From contig NW_026853242.1 of NCBI RefSeq assembly GCF_026571515.1, positions 124,001 to 188,000 of the forward strand: 64,000 nucleotides of DNA, in the 5' to 3' direction. Every line of letters begins with the position of its first letter. The stretch's first letter is position 1. The position numbers and the translations under genes are program-made. Below the pieces are notes generated by a model, which searched no databases, was not told the origin of the DNA, and saw only the letters and a program-made list of their open reading frames with translations. Shown here one piece after another: positions 63,015-64,000 of the stretch. The DNA comes from Ruditapes philippinarum. Taxonomy: Eukaryota.

Positions 63015-64000
63015 ATGTATCGTTTTGGACTCTCATTACTGAATAAAATGGATTCACTTACAAATTATTTTTCACGTATGTTTGGAGAGGACGATGTGAA
63101 GGCAGAGGTTGGTCCTGATAAATTGAGTTCAAGTGATGATGCTGGTAATCCTAATGCAGCTTGGAGAAAAAGAGCAAAGCGGTGTCAATGCCAAACTGTC
63201 AAACCTATGGATCCAAACACTCCAGTGAAGGAGGATTGTGTTCGTTTTGTATGTATATCTGACACTCATACAAAATTAGAGCAGTTCAAAAATTTAGAAA
63301 TTCCAGATGGCGATGTATTGATACATGCTGGTGACTTTACAATGCAAGGAATGCCAGACGAGGTTGATGTTGTTAACAAATATTTAGGTAAGAATGCATT
63401 GATTGGGTTTTACATCACACCGAATCAATATATACATTTGTAGGTCATATAGCGACGTTCCAGCTTTACTGGACGGGCACCTGAGTAGAATCAACAACGT
63501 TCTGTAAGCTAGCTGGATAGCTTCCTCACATGAAAGAATCCAAAGTCCCTGTTGGGATTCGAACCCACAGCGGTGAGGGGCAAGTGGTTTAAAGTCAACG
63601 ACTTTAACCACTCGGCCATGGATACCCCAGATATTTTAATTTTAGACAGATATACTATTGTATATACATGATTAATGAGACCTACATTTTCTGATCCTAG
63701 CCTGTTTCAATATACAGTCATATTAATACATGTATGAATAAATATAGGAATTGAAAATATGGAAACATGAAATCTGAAAAGTTATTTATCAAAACTTCTG
63801 TAAAGCGTTTGAATTGACATGTCAATTTTCTTAAAATATTTCACACATTGAATATATCTCATATATATTATCTATGTTGCAGGAACTTTAACACATAAAC
63901 ATAAAGTAATAATAGCTGGTAACCATGACATTACATTTGACCTTGACCATGTGAAGAAGAATGGATCAAGGAAAATATGGTCATTAACAACTGGCATGGA
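63015..64000 (+). CDS. MPPED1: Metallophosphoesterase domain-containing protein (MPPED1/MPPED2 homologue), 5' part
   Basis: Exon from 63015 (or ATG 63048) to 63387 with RFVCISDTH and DGDVLIHAGDFT; phase-1 GT-AG intron; exon from 63883 with GTLTHKHKVIIAGNHDITFD. Calcineurin-like motifs DxH, GD, GNH. Start uncertain, gene incomplete, MPPED1 vs MPPED2 not distinguishable. Confidence 0.9.
63403..63628 (-). mobile_element. SINE family A in MPPED intron
   Basis: On - strand: TGGCCGAGTGG A-box, GGTTCGAATCC B-box, GAGGAAGCTATCCAGCTAGCTTAC body. Confidence 0.88.

Overview
AT-rich, intron-rich eukaryotic DNA. The repeat content (Helentron/HINE elements with satellite arrays, tRNA-headed SINEs, TIR MITEs) suggests a bivalve mollusc, which is inference. 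I reconstructed four spliced genes by hand from GT-AG sites and reading-frame phase. (1) An unnamed single-pass, very Cys-rich membrane protein gene on + (15062-31687). Its three shared exons end in phase 0 and are followed by three phase-0 candidate terminal exons, each with its own stop and AATAAA, predicting 119, 415 and 946 aa isoforms. (2) A Shisa-like/CYYR1-type (STMC6) PPxY adaptor on - (38681-43168, 176 aa). (3) RSRC2 on + (45879-59279, 589 aa), with a GC-rich, PTC-containing candidate poison exon at 53556-53827. (4) The 5' part of an MPPED1/2-like metallophosphoesterase on + (from about 63015, running off the window). The rest is non-autonomous mobile DNA: three CAGG-ended elements with 5-bp TSDs, two copies of a TAGT-ended element with 9-bp TSDs (one carrying a LINE fragment), two PIF/Harbinger MITEs (one carrying a HINE), several HINEs, SINEs, minisatellites, and two tiny hairpins resembling P-element excision footprints. 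Most ORF-track entries are spurious. All gene models are unverified by transcript data.
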